DNA of 64,000 nucleotides, taken from the NCBI GenBank assembly GCA_963761305.1, contig CAVXGK010000001.1, positions 1,280,001-1,344,000 of the forward strand, read 5' to 3'. Positions 1-9,501 of the stretch are shown in pieces (positions within the stretch are counted from its first letter, which is position 1; each line of letters begins with the position of its first letter). Both the position numbers and the translations under genes were made by a program. Origin of the DNA: an uncultured Gemmatimonadaceae bacterium. Lineage in GTDB: Bacteria; Gemmatimonadota; Gemmatimonadetes; Gemmatimonadales; Gemmatimonadaceae. Under the pieces are notes generated by a model that was not told the origin of the DNA, made no database searches, and saw nothing but the letters and a program-made list of their open reading frames with translations.

Positions 1-671
1 TCGTCCGCGTGCACGTCGTCGTAGGTGAGCTCGATCGCGCCGTTCCTGTGCAGTACCGCCTGGAAACGGTTGACGGTCGGCGTCCACGTCATGTCCTGGA
101 TGCCGCCGACGGGCTCAGTGAGCGTCCACGTGACGACGACACGATCGGCGAGCTCCTTGAGGTAGCGCGTTCCCGACATTCGTGGCTTGAAGAACACACT
201 GATCGCCGGAACGCCGTTCGTGAAGGTCGACGCGACTTCTTGCAACTCGGCGAACCGGGCGACCGAGAGCCCGCCGCCACGACCGCCGCTGGCGGGCGGA
301 GGTGCGTCGTCGAACGTGATCGACCCGGTGACTCCGACTGAGAACGAATTCCGGCTCTTGCCGGAAAACGGAAACGTGAACCCCGTGAGCGCGGCGACGC
401 TGCTCGTCACGGGCGGACCGAACTCCGCGTCCCACTTTTCGGGCACGTTCTCGACGCGATACGCGTCGCGGTCGGGCGTGAAGCGCAACGTGCGATGGGC
501 GAGGTCGAACAGGTTCGCCTTCCCGAGCGCGCCTTCGTTCAGCGTCATCACGATCAGGTTTCCCTGCGTGGTGATCGTACCGATCGAGCGTCCCGGCTCC
601 TGGCGGGACTGCGTCCCTCCTATCGATGGCCATAGTCCGCACGCGGCGACAAGCCAACCGAGTCGATTCAT
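1..671 (-). CDS. Hypothetical exported protein, truncated by the left window edge
   Basis: Read manually on the minus strand: ATG at 671 with an upstream GGAG, giving MNRLGWLVAACGLWPSIGGTQ...MTLNEGALGKANLFDLAHRTLRFTP...FQAVLHRNGAIELTYDDVHAD. It stays open to the edge, so it is absent from the ORF track. The + ORF 187..855 is its antisense shadow. Confidence 0.75.
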   Translation of the reverse strand, partial: MNRLGWLVAACGLWPSIGGTQSRQEPGRSIGTITTQGNLIVMTLNEGALGKANLFDLAHRTLRFTPDRDAYRVENVPEKWDAEFGPPVTSSVAALTGFTFPFSGKSRNSFSVGVTGSITFDDAPPPASGGRGGGLSVARFAELQEVASTFTNGVPAISVFFKPRMSGTRYLKELADRVVVTWTLTEPVGGIQDMTWTPTVNRFQAVLHRNGAIELTYDDVHAD

Positions 672-771
672 CGAGTTCTTTCTCCGCTGTCCGTACGGGA
701 AGCGATACTTTTTTCGCTACCTTCTTCGCAAGTGGCGATCGCGGGCGGCACCATCCTTCGCGCGACCGCCC

Positions 772-802
772 GCAATACTGCCGATACTGCCGGCAGTATT
801 GC
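772..802. promoter_or_regulatory. Perfect 12-bp inverted repeat (GCAATACTGCCG-N7-CGGCAGTATTGC), candidate operator
   Basis: Seen directly between divergent genes, about 110 bp upstream of an HTH gene. The operator role is inferred. Confidence 0.4.
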
Positions 803-908
803 AACGGCTCGCGCTGCGGAAGGTGCCACCCGCTCCTAGCTGCATTGAAAGGTGACACCCGCGTGAGAGCGATGCGGCGCGTCGCGAAAGCCGCGCTACC
901 GTGCGGTC

Positions 909-1143
909 ATGCCCATCACGGACCCGATCCCCGCACTGAAGCAGGAGGCGGCCGTCGCGCTCATTCCGCTCGTGGAACGCTGGAATCGCAGCGACGCCGC
1001 GGCGCTGCTCGGTACTGAGGGCGAGCGGATCGCGGACTTGCGATACGGGAGGCTCGATCGGTTCTCGCTCGAGCGGCTGATTCGATTCCTCGTGCGCGCC
1101 GGCGCGCGCGTCGAGCTGCGGAATCACACCGCCTCGGGCCTGA
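909..1143 (+). CDS. XRE/HigA2-like small HTH protein (probable +1 error near 1122)
   Basis: AAALLGTEGERIADLRYGRLDRFSLERLIRFLVRAGARVELR is an HTH_37-type pattern. Removing one base near 1122 gives ...VELRITPPRA* (TGA 1141-1143). Without that correction the frame runs as nonsense through the next gene. Confidence 0.65.
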
Positions 1144-1236
1144 TCACTCGGAGAGCGGTCGCGCGAGGGACATCGGGCCACTCCGCTCTCGCCCTCTCGC
1201 GCCATATTGTCCTCGGACATCGACAACACATCGGCC

Positions 1237-2889
1237 ATGCTTCGAAGACTCCGATTCATCTCGGTCGCCATCGGCGTAGCGCTCGTCGCCACAGCGCTCT
1301 CGCGCTATCTCGACGTCGAACAGACGACGCCCGGCGATCGTCCGCCGGCGGTCATCGTCGCGAGCTTCGATGGACTCGGCGTCGGATTCAACGGCCCGCA
1401 AGGCACGTTCACCGGCCGCAACCCATCGGACAATTCTCTCGCCGTCGGCCCCGATCACATCGTGCAGATCGTGAACACACGCATGGCGATCTTCACGAAG
1501 AAGGGCTCGCGCTTCGACTCCACGGGACGGGTGCTCTACGGCCCCGTCGAGACGCGCAATGCGTTTCGAGGTTTCGGGGGGCCGTGCGACCAGCGCAACA
1601 ACGGCGATGCCGTCGTGCGCTACGACCAGCTCGCCGATCGCTGGCTCATCGTCATGCCGATTTTTACGCGCATCCCTCCGTCCGAGCAGTCCGACGATCG
1701 GTCGTTGCCGCGCGCCGGCGAACCGGCGCGAAAGAGTGTCCCCGGCATCGCGGGCCAACCGGGGGCGGCTGTGCAATTGTACGAACCGCCGCCGCCACCA
1801 CCACCTCCGCCCGCGCGCCCCGATTCCGCCGCGGCCCCGCCACGACGTCCACCGCAACCGACGCAGGGCGTCTACGCGATGTGCTACGCGATCAGCACCG
1901 GCGCCGATCCTTTCGGCCCGTACTACCGCTACGAGTTCCTTCGACCGTTCTTTCCCGACTACCCGCGGCCCGCGGTCTGGCCCGACGGCTACTACGTGCC
2001 GTCGAGCACGGGGGACGAGGTCATTCAGAAACACGCATGCGTCGTCGAGCGCGCCAAGATGCTCGTCGGCGGCGATGCGTCGGAGCAGTGCGTGGTGATC
2101 GACAGCGTGAACTTCCTCAACAACGCCGACGTCGATGGCAAAGCCGAGCCGCCGCGAGGCGCCCCAAATGTCATGTTGGCCGCCGGCGGGATGCAGCTGC
2201 AAAAGATCATGGAGGACAGCGTGATCCTCGCATGGTCCTTTCACGTCGACTGGTCCAATCCGTCGAAGACGCGAGTCGATGGTCCGAAGCGAATTCCGGT
2301 GGCGCCCTACCACTACTTGTGCGACGGACAACTCTCGAACTGCGTGCCGCAACGAGGCGCCGACCGCCGGCTCGACGCGCAAGGCGACAAACTCATGGCG
2401 CGTCTCGTGTATCGGCGCGTCGATGGGCACGAGTCGATCGTGGCCATTCACTCCGTGAACACGAAGGCCGGCGGAGGCGGCGTGCGCTGGTACGAATTCC
2501 GGCTCGACAGGCGTCGTGAGCCCACACTCTACCAGCAGGGCACGTACGCGCCGGACAGTGGGTTCCGCTGGATGGGCAGTCCGGCCATCGATGCTCGCGG
2601 CAACATCGGCATCGGCTATTCGTACGGATCAGCGGGGGAGTTCGCGGGCCAGCGCTTCGCCGCGCGCCTCGCCGGCGATCCGCCCGGACGCCTCACGCTT
2701 CGCGAGACCGTGTTGGTCACGGGAGAAGCGGCGCAGACAAATACGCTGCGATGGGAAGACTACGCGCAGACCGCCGTCGATCCGTCCGACGACTGCACGA
2801 TCTGGTACGTCGGCGACTATCTGAAGCTCGGTGCGACGAGCTATTCGACGCGCATCGGCGGCTTTCGCCTGCCGCGGTGTCCGAAGTAG
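1237..2889 (+). CDS. Exported hypothetical protein (beta-rich, Cys-containing, Pro-rich insert)
   Basis: N-terminal hydrophobic segment MLRRLRFISVAIGVALVATAL; motifs PSDNSLAVGPDHIVQIVN, DYPRPAVWPDGYY, GVRWYE and RWEDY...VDPSDDCTIWY; typical codon usage. Confidence 0.8.
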   Translation: MLRRLRFISVAIGVALVATALSRYLDVEQTTPGDRPPAVIVASFDGLGVGFNGPQGTFTGRNPSDNSLAVGPDHIVQIVNTRMAIFTKKGSRFDSTGRVLYGPVETRNAFRGFGGPCDQRNNGDAVVRYDQLADRWLIVMPIFTRIPPSEQSDDRSLPRAGEPARKSVPGIAGQPGAAVQLYEPPPPPPPPPARPDSAAAPPRRPPQPTQGVYAMCYAISTGADPFGPYYRYEFLRPFFPDYPRPAVWPDGYYVPSSTGDEVIQKHACVVERAKMLVGGDASEQCVVIDSVNFLNNADVDGKAEPPRGAPNVMLAAGGMQLQKIMEDSVILAWSFHVDWSNPSKTRVDGPKRIPVAPYHYLCDGQLSNCVPQRGADRRLDAQGDKLMARLVYRRVDGHESIVAIHSVNTKAGGGGVRWYEFRLDRRREPTLYQQGTYAPDSGFRWMGSPAIDARGNIGIGYSYGSAGEFAGQRFAARLAGDPPGRLTLRETVLVTGEAAQTNTLRWEDYAQTAVDPSDDCTIWYVGDYLKLGATSYSTRIGGFRLPRCPK

Positions 2890-2897
2890 CGCGGCTT

Positions 2898-3353
2898 TCA
2901 GCGAGCGCCGGCAGCGACGCTCGTCGACGGCGCGGCGACCACCACGATGACGACGCTGTCGCTGAGGATGCCGAGCCGCGCGAGAATCGCCGTCGATCCG
3001 GCCAATGTCAGATCGAAGGTGGCCGACAACGTGTAGAGTGTCGGCGCGTGCGGATCGGTGAACGGAATCGGGATCGCGGCGAGGCTGCTCAGCTGCGCCA
3101 CGGCGGTGTTCGTCGACGTGAGCTCGGTGGGGCCCGCATCGATCGGAGCGCCGTTGACGTCCACCGCGTCGACCTCGACGTGCAGGTGCCCTCCGACGAC
3201 GGCGAGACCTGTGTCGGGCCGAACGGTCAGACGACCGACCAGGGACTGTGGCGGGCGCTGCGGAGTCCCATCGGACGAGGCGTTCGTCGTCCCGGGCGAG
3301 TCGCATGCAACGGCGACGGCGACCGCCAACGAGGCGAACATCCATTTGACCAA
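2898..3353 (-). CDS. Putative lipoprotein with an Ig-like domain
   Basis: Lipobox-like VAVAC followed by an Ig-like pattern (LTVRPDTGL...LTSTNTAVA...AGSTAILARLG...SVVIVV). Confidence 0.65.
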   Translation of the reverse strand: MVKWMFASLAVAVAVACDSPGTTNASSDGTPQRPPQSLVGRLTVRPDTGLAVVGGHLHVEVDAVDVNGAPIDAGPTELTSTNTAVAQLSSLAAIPIPFTDPHAPTLYTLSATFDLTLAGSTAILARLGILSDSVVIVVVAAPSTSVAAGAR

Positions 3354-3666
3354 CGGCGCTCCAGAGTCCGAACGGGCGGAACGTTAGTGGGTGCCCGTGT
3401 GATGTCAATTTCGCCTGGAACTTGACGCCGAACGCGCTCGAGCCCGACGGCTGCAACGAAACGTTCTCGCTCCCTAAACCTTTGGAGCGATCGTGCACAA
3501 CGACGTGCCACGCGCTGTCAAGAATTTTTGCATGCGCGCATGCTAACGCCTACCTCCACACACGAGACGGCGCTGTGCGCTCGCGCACATGCCGAACAGC
3601 GTGGCGCGGTGCATCCTGAAGCGTCCTTGATTGGCAACCGACGCACACCAATCTGGAGAGCTTCGA

Positions 3667-4101
3667 ATGAGCATGTTTTCCCGCCGCCGCCCAACGATCG
3701 CTCCTCCGCCGTCTGACGGATATTCCGTCATCGACGCGCACCTCGCCATCCAGGGCGACCTCTCGACGGACGGCACGGTCCGCGTCGATGGCCGCGTGGA
3801 CGGCACCTTGCATCGCGCCGACACGCTCATCGTCGGCGCCGGAGGCGTGATCATCGGCAGCGTCGAAGCGCGCGAGGTCATCGTCGGCGGCGAGCTGACA
3901 GGTGATCTCGTCGTGCGCGGTCGCGTCGAAGTACAGAAGACGGCCACGGTGCGCGGTGACATTCGCGCCGCCGCCGTGGCACTCGAGGAAGGGGGCACCG
4001 TGCACGGCCACGTCGTCGTGCATTCGCTCGAGACCGACTTGCCGTCGATCGGCGAACGTCGGCTCATGCTCACGCCTCGCTCGATGGCGGCGCAGGGTTA
4101 G
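3667..4101 (+). CDS. Bactofilin (polymer-forming cytoskeletal protein)
   Basis: SVIDAHLAIQGDLSTDGTVRVDGRVDG...IVGAGGVIIGSVEAREVIVGG...VRGDI beta-helix repeats; N-terminal MFSRR; SD GGAG upstream. Confidence 0.92.
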   Translation: MSMFSRRRPTIAPPPSDGYSVIDAHLAIQGDLSTDGTVRVDGRVDGTLHRADTLIVGAGGVIIGSVEAREVIVGGELTGDLVVRGRVEVQKTATVRGDIRAAAVALEEGGTVHGHVVVHSLETDLPSIGERRLMLTPRSMAAQG

Positions 4102-4124
4102 CGCGCGCCCTTTCCGGTAGACGT

Positions 4125-4829
4125 ATGCACAATAGCGCGACGCCGGCGTGGACGTTGATCATCGTCCCGCCGACGCCGAGTGCGGCGCCACGGCGGGTCG
4201 GCGTGAGGATGCGCACGGTGCGCATGTTCGCGATGCTGATGACCGCCGTCGCCGCGGTGACGTGGAGCTGGATGCTTGCGACGTCGGACGACGCCAGTAC
4301 CATGGCCGACCGTCTCGCCGCGGAACAGCGACTCAGCGCCGCACTCGACGACACGGTGCAATCGATGCGCATGGCGGCGCTCGCCGCCGAGGCGGCGAAG
4401 CTTCCGCCGGTCGGGATGATGATGCCCATCAACGGAGAGATCACGAGCCGCTTTTCGCGCTCGCGCTTTCATCCGATTCTGCAGATCTTCCGCGCACATC
4501 GCGGCGTGGACCTCGCCGCGCCGTCGGGCACGCGCATCTCCGCGCCCGCCGCCGGCCGCGTGGTCTTCGTCGGCCACCGACTCGGCTTCGGTCTGGTGAT
4601 CGAGATGGTGCATTCGGGCGGCGTCGTCACGCGATACGCGCACCTGCGCGCGGCACTCGTGCAAGAGCGCGACTCCGTCACGATGGGCCAGTCGATCGGC
4701 CTCGTCGGCGAAAGTGGCCTCGCGACCGCGCCGCACTTGCACTTCGAGGTCTGGGTGAAGGGCACGGCGGTCGACCCGATCAAGTTCGTCGCGTCGACGC
4801 ATCTGGCGACGCCGGCGGCGGTGCACTGA
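4125..4829 (+). CDS. Membrane-anchored M23 family metallopeptidase
   Basis: HRGVD (HxxxD), YAHL and HLHFEV (HxH) motifs; N-terminal TM segment. Confidence 0.92.
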   Translation: MHNSATPAWTLIIVPPTPSAAPRRVGVRMRTVRMFAMLMTAVAAVTWSWMLATSDDASTMADRLAAEQRLSAALDDTVQSMRMAALAAEAAKLPPVGMMMPINGEITSRFSRSRFHPILQIFRAHRGVDLAAPSGTRISAPAAGRVVFVGHRLGFGLVIEMVHSGGVVTRYAHLRAALVQERDSVTMGQSIGLVGESGLATAPHLHFEVWVKGTAVDPIKFVASTHLATPAAVH

Positions 4830-4833
4830 GAGG

Positions 4834-4850
4834 CGGGTGGACGGGTGGAC
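4834..4850. repeat. 8-bp tandem repeat (CGGGTGGA x2), reverse complement of the unit at 60184-60215
   Basis: Seen directly, just after the M23 stop codon. Confidence 0.4.
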
Positions 4851-4974
4851 CGCGCACTGATGCTGCCGCCTGTTGCTGACGCCTAGAGTCCCGGCCTCCA
4901 AGACCATCGCTATCACGCCGCAGCCATCCGGCGCGCCACTGGCTGCTGCCGACGACGGGTGGCAGCTTCACTCC

Positions 4975-6624
4975 ATGCGAATCACCATTCTCACGCTGTT
5001 CGCTCTCGCGGCGTGCACGCGAACGGGTACCGCACCGGTGCCGCGCGGCGCCGCGGCGAGCGTCCCTGGCGGCGACTGGCCGAGCTACAATCGCACGCTC
5101 GCCGGCGACCGGTTTTCTCCGCTCGGCGAAATCGATCGATCGAACGTCGCGTCGCTTCGCGAGGTCTGTACCTACACGCTGCCCGAGGTCGCGGCGCTGC
5201 AGGCCGGTCCGGTCGTCGTAAGCGGCGCGATGTACTTCTCGACGGACACCATGACTTACGCCATCGACGCCGGCACGTGCGCCGAACGGTGGAGACGTGC
5301 GCGGCACACGGCGACGCCAGGCGGGGGACCGGCGGTGAATCGCGGCGTCGCCTATCTCGACGGACACCTGTTCCGCGGAACGTCGGACGCGCATGTCCTG
5401 TCGCTCGACGCGCGCGACGGGCAGACGCTGTGGGACGTGACGCTCGACGTCGCCGGACCGGGGGTCCAACTGCCGATGGCGCCGATCGCGTGGCACGGCC
5501 TCGTGTTCATCGGCAACGCGGGCGGCGACCGCGTCGGCGTCATCGGCCACGTCTACGCGCTCGACGCGGCCACCGGCGCCGTGAAATGGAAGTTCGACGT
5601 CGTCCCGGCGGCTGGCCCCGCGCGTACGACGTGGGGACGCGGCGCCGCGGCGGCGTATCCGATCTCGGGCGGCGCGTTCTGGACGTCGTTCACGCTCGAC
5701 GAGGCGAACGGTGTGCTCTACGTCTCGTCGGGCAACCCGGCGCCGGACTTCGACAGTGCGATGCGCGATGGTGAGAACCTCTATGCCAACTCTCTCATCG
5801 CACTCGACGCCGCCACGGGCAAGATGCTCGCGTTCAGTCAGCTGGTGAAGCACGACTTTCACGATTGGGACGTCGACAGTCCGTCACCGGTGGTGACGAT
5901 CCGATCGGGGCGCGCGGTGGTGGCGTCGGCCAACAAGGAAGGGCTCCTCTCCGTCCTCGACCGCAGCGGCCTCGCCACGTTCGGGAGTGTCGCCGTCCTC
6001 TCGGCGGCGAGTGCGCCGCAACAGCTCCCCGTGCTCTACCAGGTCCCGACGACGACGCGGGAAAACGTCGACGTCCCGCTCTCACGCGATCACCCGACCC
6101 GCTTCTGTCCCGGCATCCTCGGCGGCGCCGAGTGGAACGGCGCGGCATACGATCCGACGCACGACACGTTCTTCGTCGGCGCCAACGACTGGTGCAGCAC
6201 CGTCCAATTGCAACGCGAGAACGCCGCGGTGCCGCGCGTCGGTGCGGCGTGGTTCGGCAATACGGCAGGCGGGCAGCGCATGGATTCGGCGTCGGCTGCG
6301 AAGGGCTGGCTCACGGCGTACGACGCCGAGAGCGGGCGCGTTCGATGGAAGTTCGAAGCACCGAAGCCGGTGCTCGCCGGCGTCACGCCCACCGCCGGCG
6401 GTCTCGTGTTCACGGCGGATCTCGGCGGCAACGTTTACGCGTTCGATGCCGACGATGGGCGCGTACGCTGGCAAACGGCGGCGGGCCAGTCGATCGGCGG
6501 CGGGATCGTGAGCTATCTCGCCGACGGACATCAGCGCATCGGCGTCGCGGCGGGAATGCGATCGCCGATCTGGCCGGGCGGATCGCAGTCGAGCCACGTG
6601 ATCGTGTACGGGGTCAGTCGCTGA
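4975..6624 (+). CDS. PQQ-binding beta-propeller dehydrogenase family lipoprotein
   Basis: Lipobox LAAC; GDWPSYNRTLAGDRFSPL; repeated AxDAxTG..W docking motifs; YANSLIALDAATGK, HDFHDWD and CPGILGGAEW. Confidence 0.9.
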   Translation: MRITILTLFALAACTRTGTAPVPRGAAASVPGGDWPSYNRTLAGDRFSPLGEIDRSNVASLREVCTYTLPEVAALQAGPVVVSGAMYFSTDTMTYAIDAGTCAERWRRARHTATPGGGPAVNRGVAYLDGHLFRGTSDAHVLSLDARDGQTLWDVTLDVAGPGVQLPMAPIAWHGLVFIGNAGGDRVGVIGHVYALDAATGAVKWKFDVVPAAGPARTTWGRGAAAAYPISGGAFWTSFTLDEANGVLYVSSGNPAPDFDSAMRDGENLYANSLIALDAATGKMLAFSQLVKHDFHDWDVDSPSPVVTIRSGRAVVASANKEGLLSVLDRSGLATFGSVAVLSAASAPQQLPVLYQVPTTTRENVDVPLSRDHPTRFCPGILGGAEWNGAAYDPTHDTFFVGANDWCSTVQLQRENAAVPRVGAAWFGNTAGGQRMDSASAAKGWLTAYDAESGRVRWKFEAPKPVLAGVTPTAGGLVFTADLGGNVYAFDADDGRVRWQTAAGQSIGGGIVSYLADGHQRIGVAAGMRSPIWPGGSQSSHVIVYGVSR

Positions 6625-6663
6625 CGCTATCGCTTCAGACCAGAGAGCGTAGAATTCGGCGGG

Positions 6664-8629
6664 ATGAAACCCAAAGAACTGACGATCCGCGGCCTGATCC
6701 TCGGCGCGCTGATCACCACCGTGTTCACCGCCGCGAACGTGTACCTCGGCCTCAAGGTCGGCCTCACGTTCGCGTCGTCGATTCCCGCCGCGGTGATCTC
6801 GATGGCGATCCTGAGCGCGGTCAAGGACTCGACGATCCTCGAGAACAACATCGTGCAGACCGTCGCCTCGGCGGCCGGCACGCTCTCGGCGATCATCTTC
6901 GTGCTGCCGGGACTCGTCATCGTCGGATGGTGGACCGGGTTTCCCTTCTGGCAATCGTTCCTGATCTGCGTGTCGCGGCGGCGTGCTCGGCGTGTTGTTC
7001 ACCATTCCGCTCAGACGCGCGCTCGTCACGAACTCGGATCTTCCTTACCCCGAAGGCGTCGCGGCCGCCGAAGTGCTGCGCGTCGGATCGGGTACGCGCG
7101 GCGAGACGAAGGACGACACCGGCGAAGCGCGCGAAGGTCTCGTCGCGGTGATTCTCGGAACGGTTGCGTCGGCCGGATTGGCGATCATCACGGCGACGCG
7201 TGTCGCCGCGGCCGAGGTCACCGGCTTCGTGAACCTCGGCACGAACGCGTCGACCGGATACAACGTCGCGTTCTCGCTCGCGCTGCTCGGCGCCGGGCAT
7301 CTCGTTGGACTGTCGGTGGGCATGGCGATGCTCACGGGTCTCATCATCGCCTGGGTGATCGCCGTGCCGATTCTCACCGCGATCTCACCGGCGGCGGCGG
7401 GTGTGACGCTCGCCGCGCACACGACGACGATCTGGCGTACCGACGTGCGATTCATCGGCGCCGGCGCGATCGCGATCGCCGCCATCTATACGTTGGCGAA
7501 GTTGGCCAAGCCGGTCGTCGGTGGACTCGTCAGCACGCTCGCCGCGTCCAAGGCGAAGGCCACGGGCGACGATCGCGACCGCGACCTCGCGCCGTCGTGG
7601 ATCTACGTGCTGACCGCGGGATGCCTCGTGATCGCGGCGTATCTCGCGTACACGTTCGCCAAGTCCACCGTGCTGGCGCCGAGCGCGACGACGCTCACGC
7701 TGATCGCGGTGCCGTTCGTGCTGCTCGGCGGATTCCTGATCGCCGGCATCTGCGGCTACATGGCCGGGCTGATCGGCGCGTCGAACAGCCCGATCTCGGG
7801 AGTGGGGATTCTCTCGATCGTGCTCTGCGCGTCGGCGCTCGTCGTCGCCGTGCACCCGACCGAGGCGACGCGGCCCGCGCTCGTGGCGTTCGCGTTGTTC
7901 ATCACGGCGATCGTGTTCGCCTGCGCGACGATCTCGAACGACAACTTGCAGGATCTCAAAACCGGGCAGCTCGTCGGCGCGTCGCCGATGCGGCAGCAGA
8001 TCGCGCTCATCGTCGGCGTCGGCGCCGGTGCGGCCGTGATTCCATTCGTGCTCAACCTGCTGGCCAAGGCGTACGGGTTCGCCGGCGCGCCGAACATCGG
8101 CGTCGTATCTCCGAATCCGCTCCCCGCGCCGCAGGCGACGCTCATCTCGGCGCTCGCGCAGGGCGTGATCGGCGGCAACCTCGCCTGGAAGATGCTCGGC
8201 ATCGGCGCGTTGGTGGGCGTCGGCCTCATTCTGCTCGACGAAGCGCTCGGCGCCGCGGGCAAGCTGCGCATCCCGCCGCTCGCCGTCGGCATCGGCATTT
8301 ACCTCCCGATGTCGGCCACGTTCGCGGTCGTCATCGGGGCAGTCATCTCGCACTGGTACGACAAGCGCGCGAAACAGACGCCGAACCCCGAACGCGCCGA
8401 GCGTTTGGGCACGCTGGTGGCGTCGGGGTTGATCGTGGGCGAGAGCATCTGGGGCGTGATCAACGCCGGGCTGATTGTGGCTCTTTCGAAAGACGCGCCA
8501 ATCGGCCTCGAGCCGGAGGACTTCGCGCCGGCGCCGTGGCTGGGGTTGTTGTTGTTTGTGGCGGCGATCGTGTGGCTGTACGGCTGGATGCTGCGAAAGT
8601 CGCGCGCAGTCACGTCGACGCGCCGATGA
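6664..8629 (+). CDS. OPT family oligopeptide transporter (+1 frameshift near 6976)
   Basis: ELTIRG...NVYLGLKVGLTFASSIPAAVIS...ENNIVQT in the first frame, continuing as LGVLFTIPLRR...YPEGVAAAEVL...DNLQDLKTG...APQA in the +1 frame. Confidence 0.9.
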
Positions 8630-8707
8630 CGAGTCCGCTATAAGGAAATAGTGACCGGGGAGCAGGACTCCGACGTCACCGAGACATTCGTCACCGGATG
8701 CGCGCGC

Positions 8708-8723
8708 TGGCACACCCCCCGCA
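8708..8723 (+). promoter_or_regulatory. Candidate sigma54 (-24/-12) promoter
   Basis: TGGCAC-ACCCC-CCGCA has GG-N10-GC spacing and lies about 36 bp upstream of ATG 8759. The -12 element is weak. Confidence 0.35.
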
Positions 8724-8758
8724 CTAGGGATCGCTATCCAATTGATCTGGGGGGAGAG

Positions 8759-9034
8759 ATGGCCGACATCATTCAGACGCCCGGGCCGGTAAACGCCGGT
8801 GGCGGTGGCAGATCGGGTGCGGGCTGGGCCGTGGCAGTCGTCATTCTGCTGGCGGTGATCGGGTGGCTCGTCTTCGGCGGCGGGCTGCGTCGCACGACCA
8901 CATATCGCGCCGACGTGAAGATCACTCCGCCGAGCCAGACGGCTCCGCCGAGCGGAAACAACGGCGGGACCGGCAGCGCCAGCGGCTCGGTGGCCGTTCC
9001 GCCAACGCCGCTATCCTCGCTAGTCGCTCGCTAG
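8759..9034 (+). CDS. Small single-TM membrane protein
   Basis: GGGGAG SD, then MADIIQTPG...GGRSGAGWAVAVVILLAVIGWLVFGGG...ADVKITPP. Confidence 0.7.
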   Translation: MADIIQTPGPVNAGGGGRSGAGWAVAVVILLAVIGWLVFGGGLRRTTTYRADVKITPPSQTAPPSGNNGGTGSASGSVAVPPTPLSSLVAR

Positions 9035-9055
9035 TCGCTCGCTAGTCGCTCGCTA
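9016..9055. repeat. 11-bp tandem repeat (CTCGCTAGTCG x3.6) at a convergent gene junction
   Basis: Exact copies at 9016, 9027 and 9038, and a partial copy at 9049. Confidence 0.9.
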
Positions 9056-9418
9056 CGCGCGGCGGCGCTTGATGGCGCCTCGCGCGCGCGACGAGCGCTC
9101 GAACTGCCAACCCGTCTCGAGCAGCTCGCGCAACGCGGCGTCGGAGATCTTGCTCAGGCGGGCGAGCACGCACGGATAGTCGACGTAGTGCGGCCGGAGA
9201 TAGTAGACGTCCGGCGCCGCCTTCAGGCGCAGGTCGCGTTCGAGAAAGCTCATTCGAACGGCGAGCGTGCCGGGCTCCGCCGATTTGTCGACGGGGATGC
9301 AGGCGAACATCTTGCCGCGGACCTTGAGAGCCGGCGATCCGTAGCTCGTGCCTTCTTCGACGCCTTCGAGCTTCAGGCCAAGGCGCCGGACTCGGTTGAA
9401 CGTATCGTGTGCTGGCAT
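9053..9418 (-). CDS. MmcQ/YjbR family putative DNA-binding protein
   Basis: LEGVEEGTSYGSPALKVRGKMFA...PDVYYLRPHYVDYPCVLARL...LRELLETGW. Confidence 0.85.
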   Translation of the reverse strand: MPAHDTFNRVRRLGLKLEGVEEGTSYGSPALKVRGKMFACIPVDKSAEPGTLAVRMSFLERDLRLKAAPDVYYLRPHYVDYPCVLARLSKISDAALRELLETGWQFERSSRARGAIKRRRA

Positions 9419-9486
9419 GCTCCCGACTCCAGACGGACGACTGACAACGTACGTCGTCGAAGCGTCGTCAGTCAGGAGTCGGGAGC
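9419..9486. repeat. Intergenic 68-nt hairpin (REP-like)
   Basis: GCTCCCGACTCC (9419-9430) pairs perfectly with 9475-9486; the inner arms 9439-9449/9463-9473 have one mismatch. Confidence 0.7.
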
Positions 9487-9501
9487 CGGAAGCTCTCCCG
9501 G

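Noticed and set aside
909..2519. 536-aa HTH fusion protein from the ORF track
   Set aside because: Beyond about residue 72 it is an Arg-rich shadow frame overlapping the real gene at 1237-2889; a +1 error explains the lost stop.
3490..3545. Sigma54 promoter and GCATGCGCGCATGC palindrome between the Ig-lipoprotein and bactofilin genes
   Set aside because: The GG-to-GC spacing is off by one, and the palindrome is low-complexity and plausible by chance at this GC content.
5845..5880. Lanthanide-dependent PQQ dehydrogenase, based on DWD aligning with the XoxF DYD motif
   Set aside because: D-x-D also occurs in non-lanthanide PQQ glucose dehydrogenases, and the vicinal Cys-Cys is absent, so the motif is not diagnostic.
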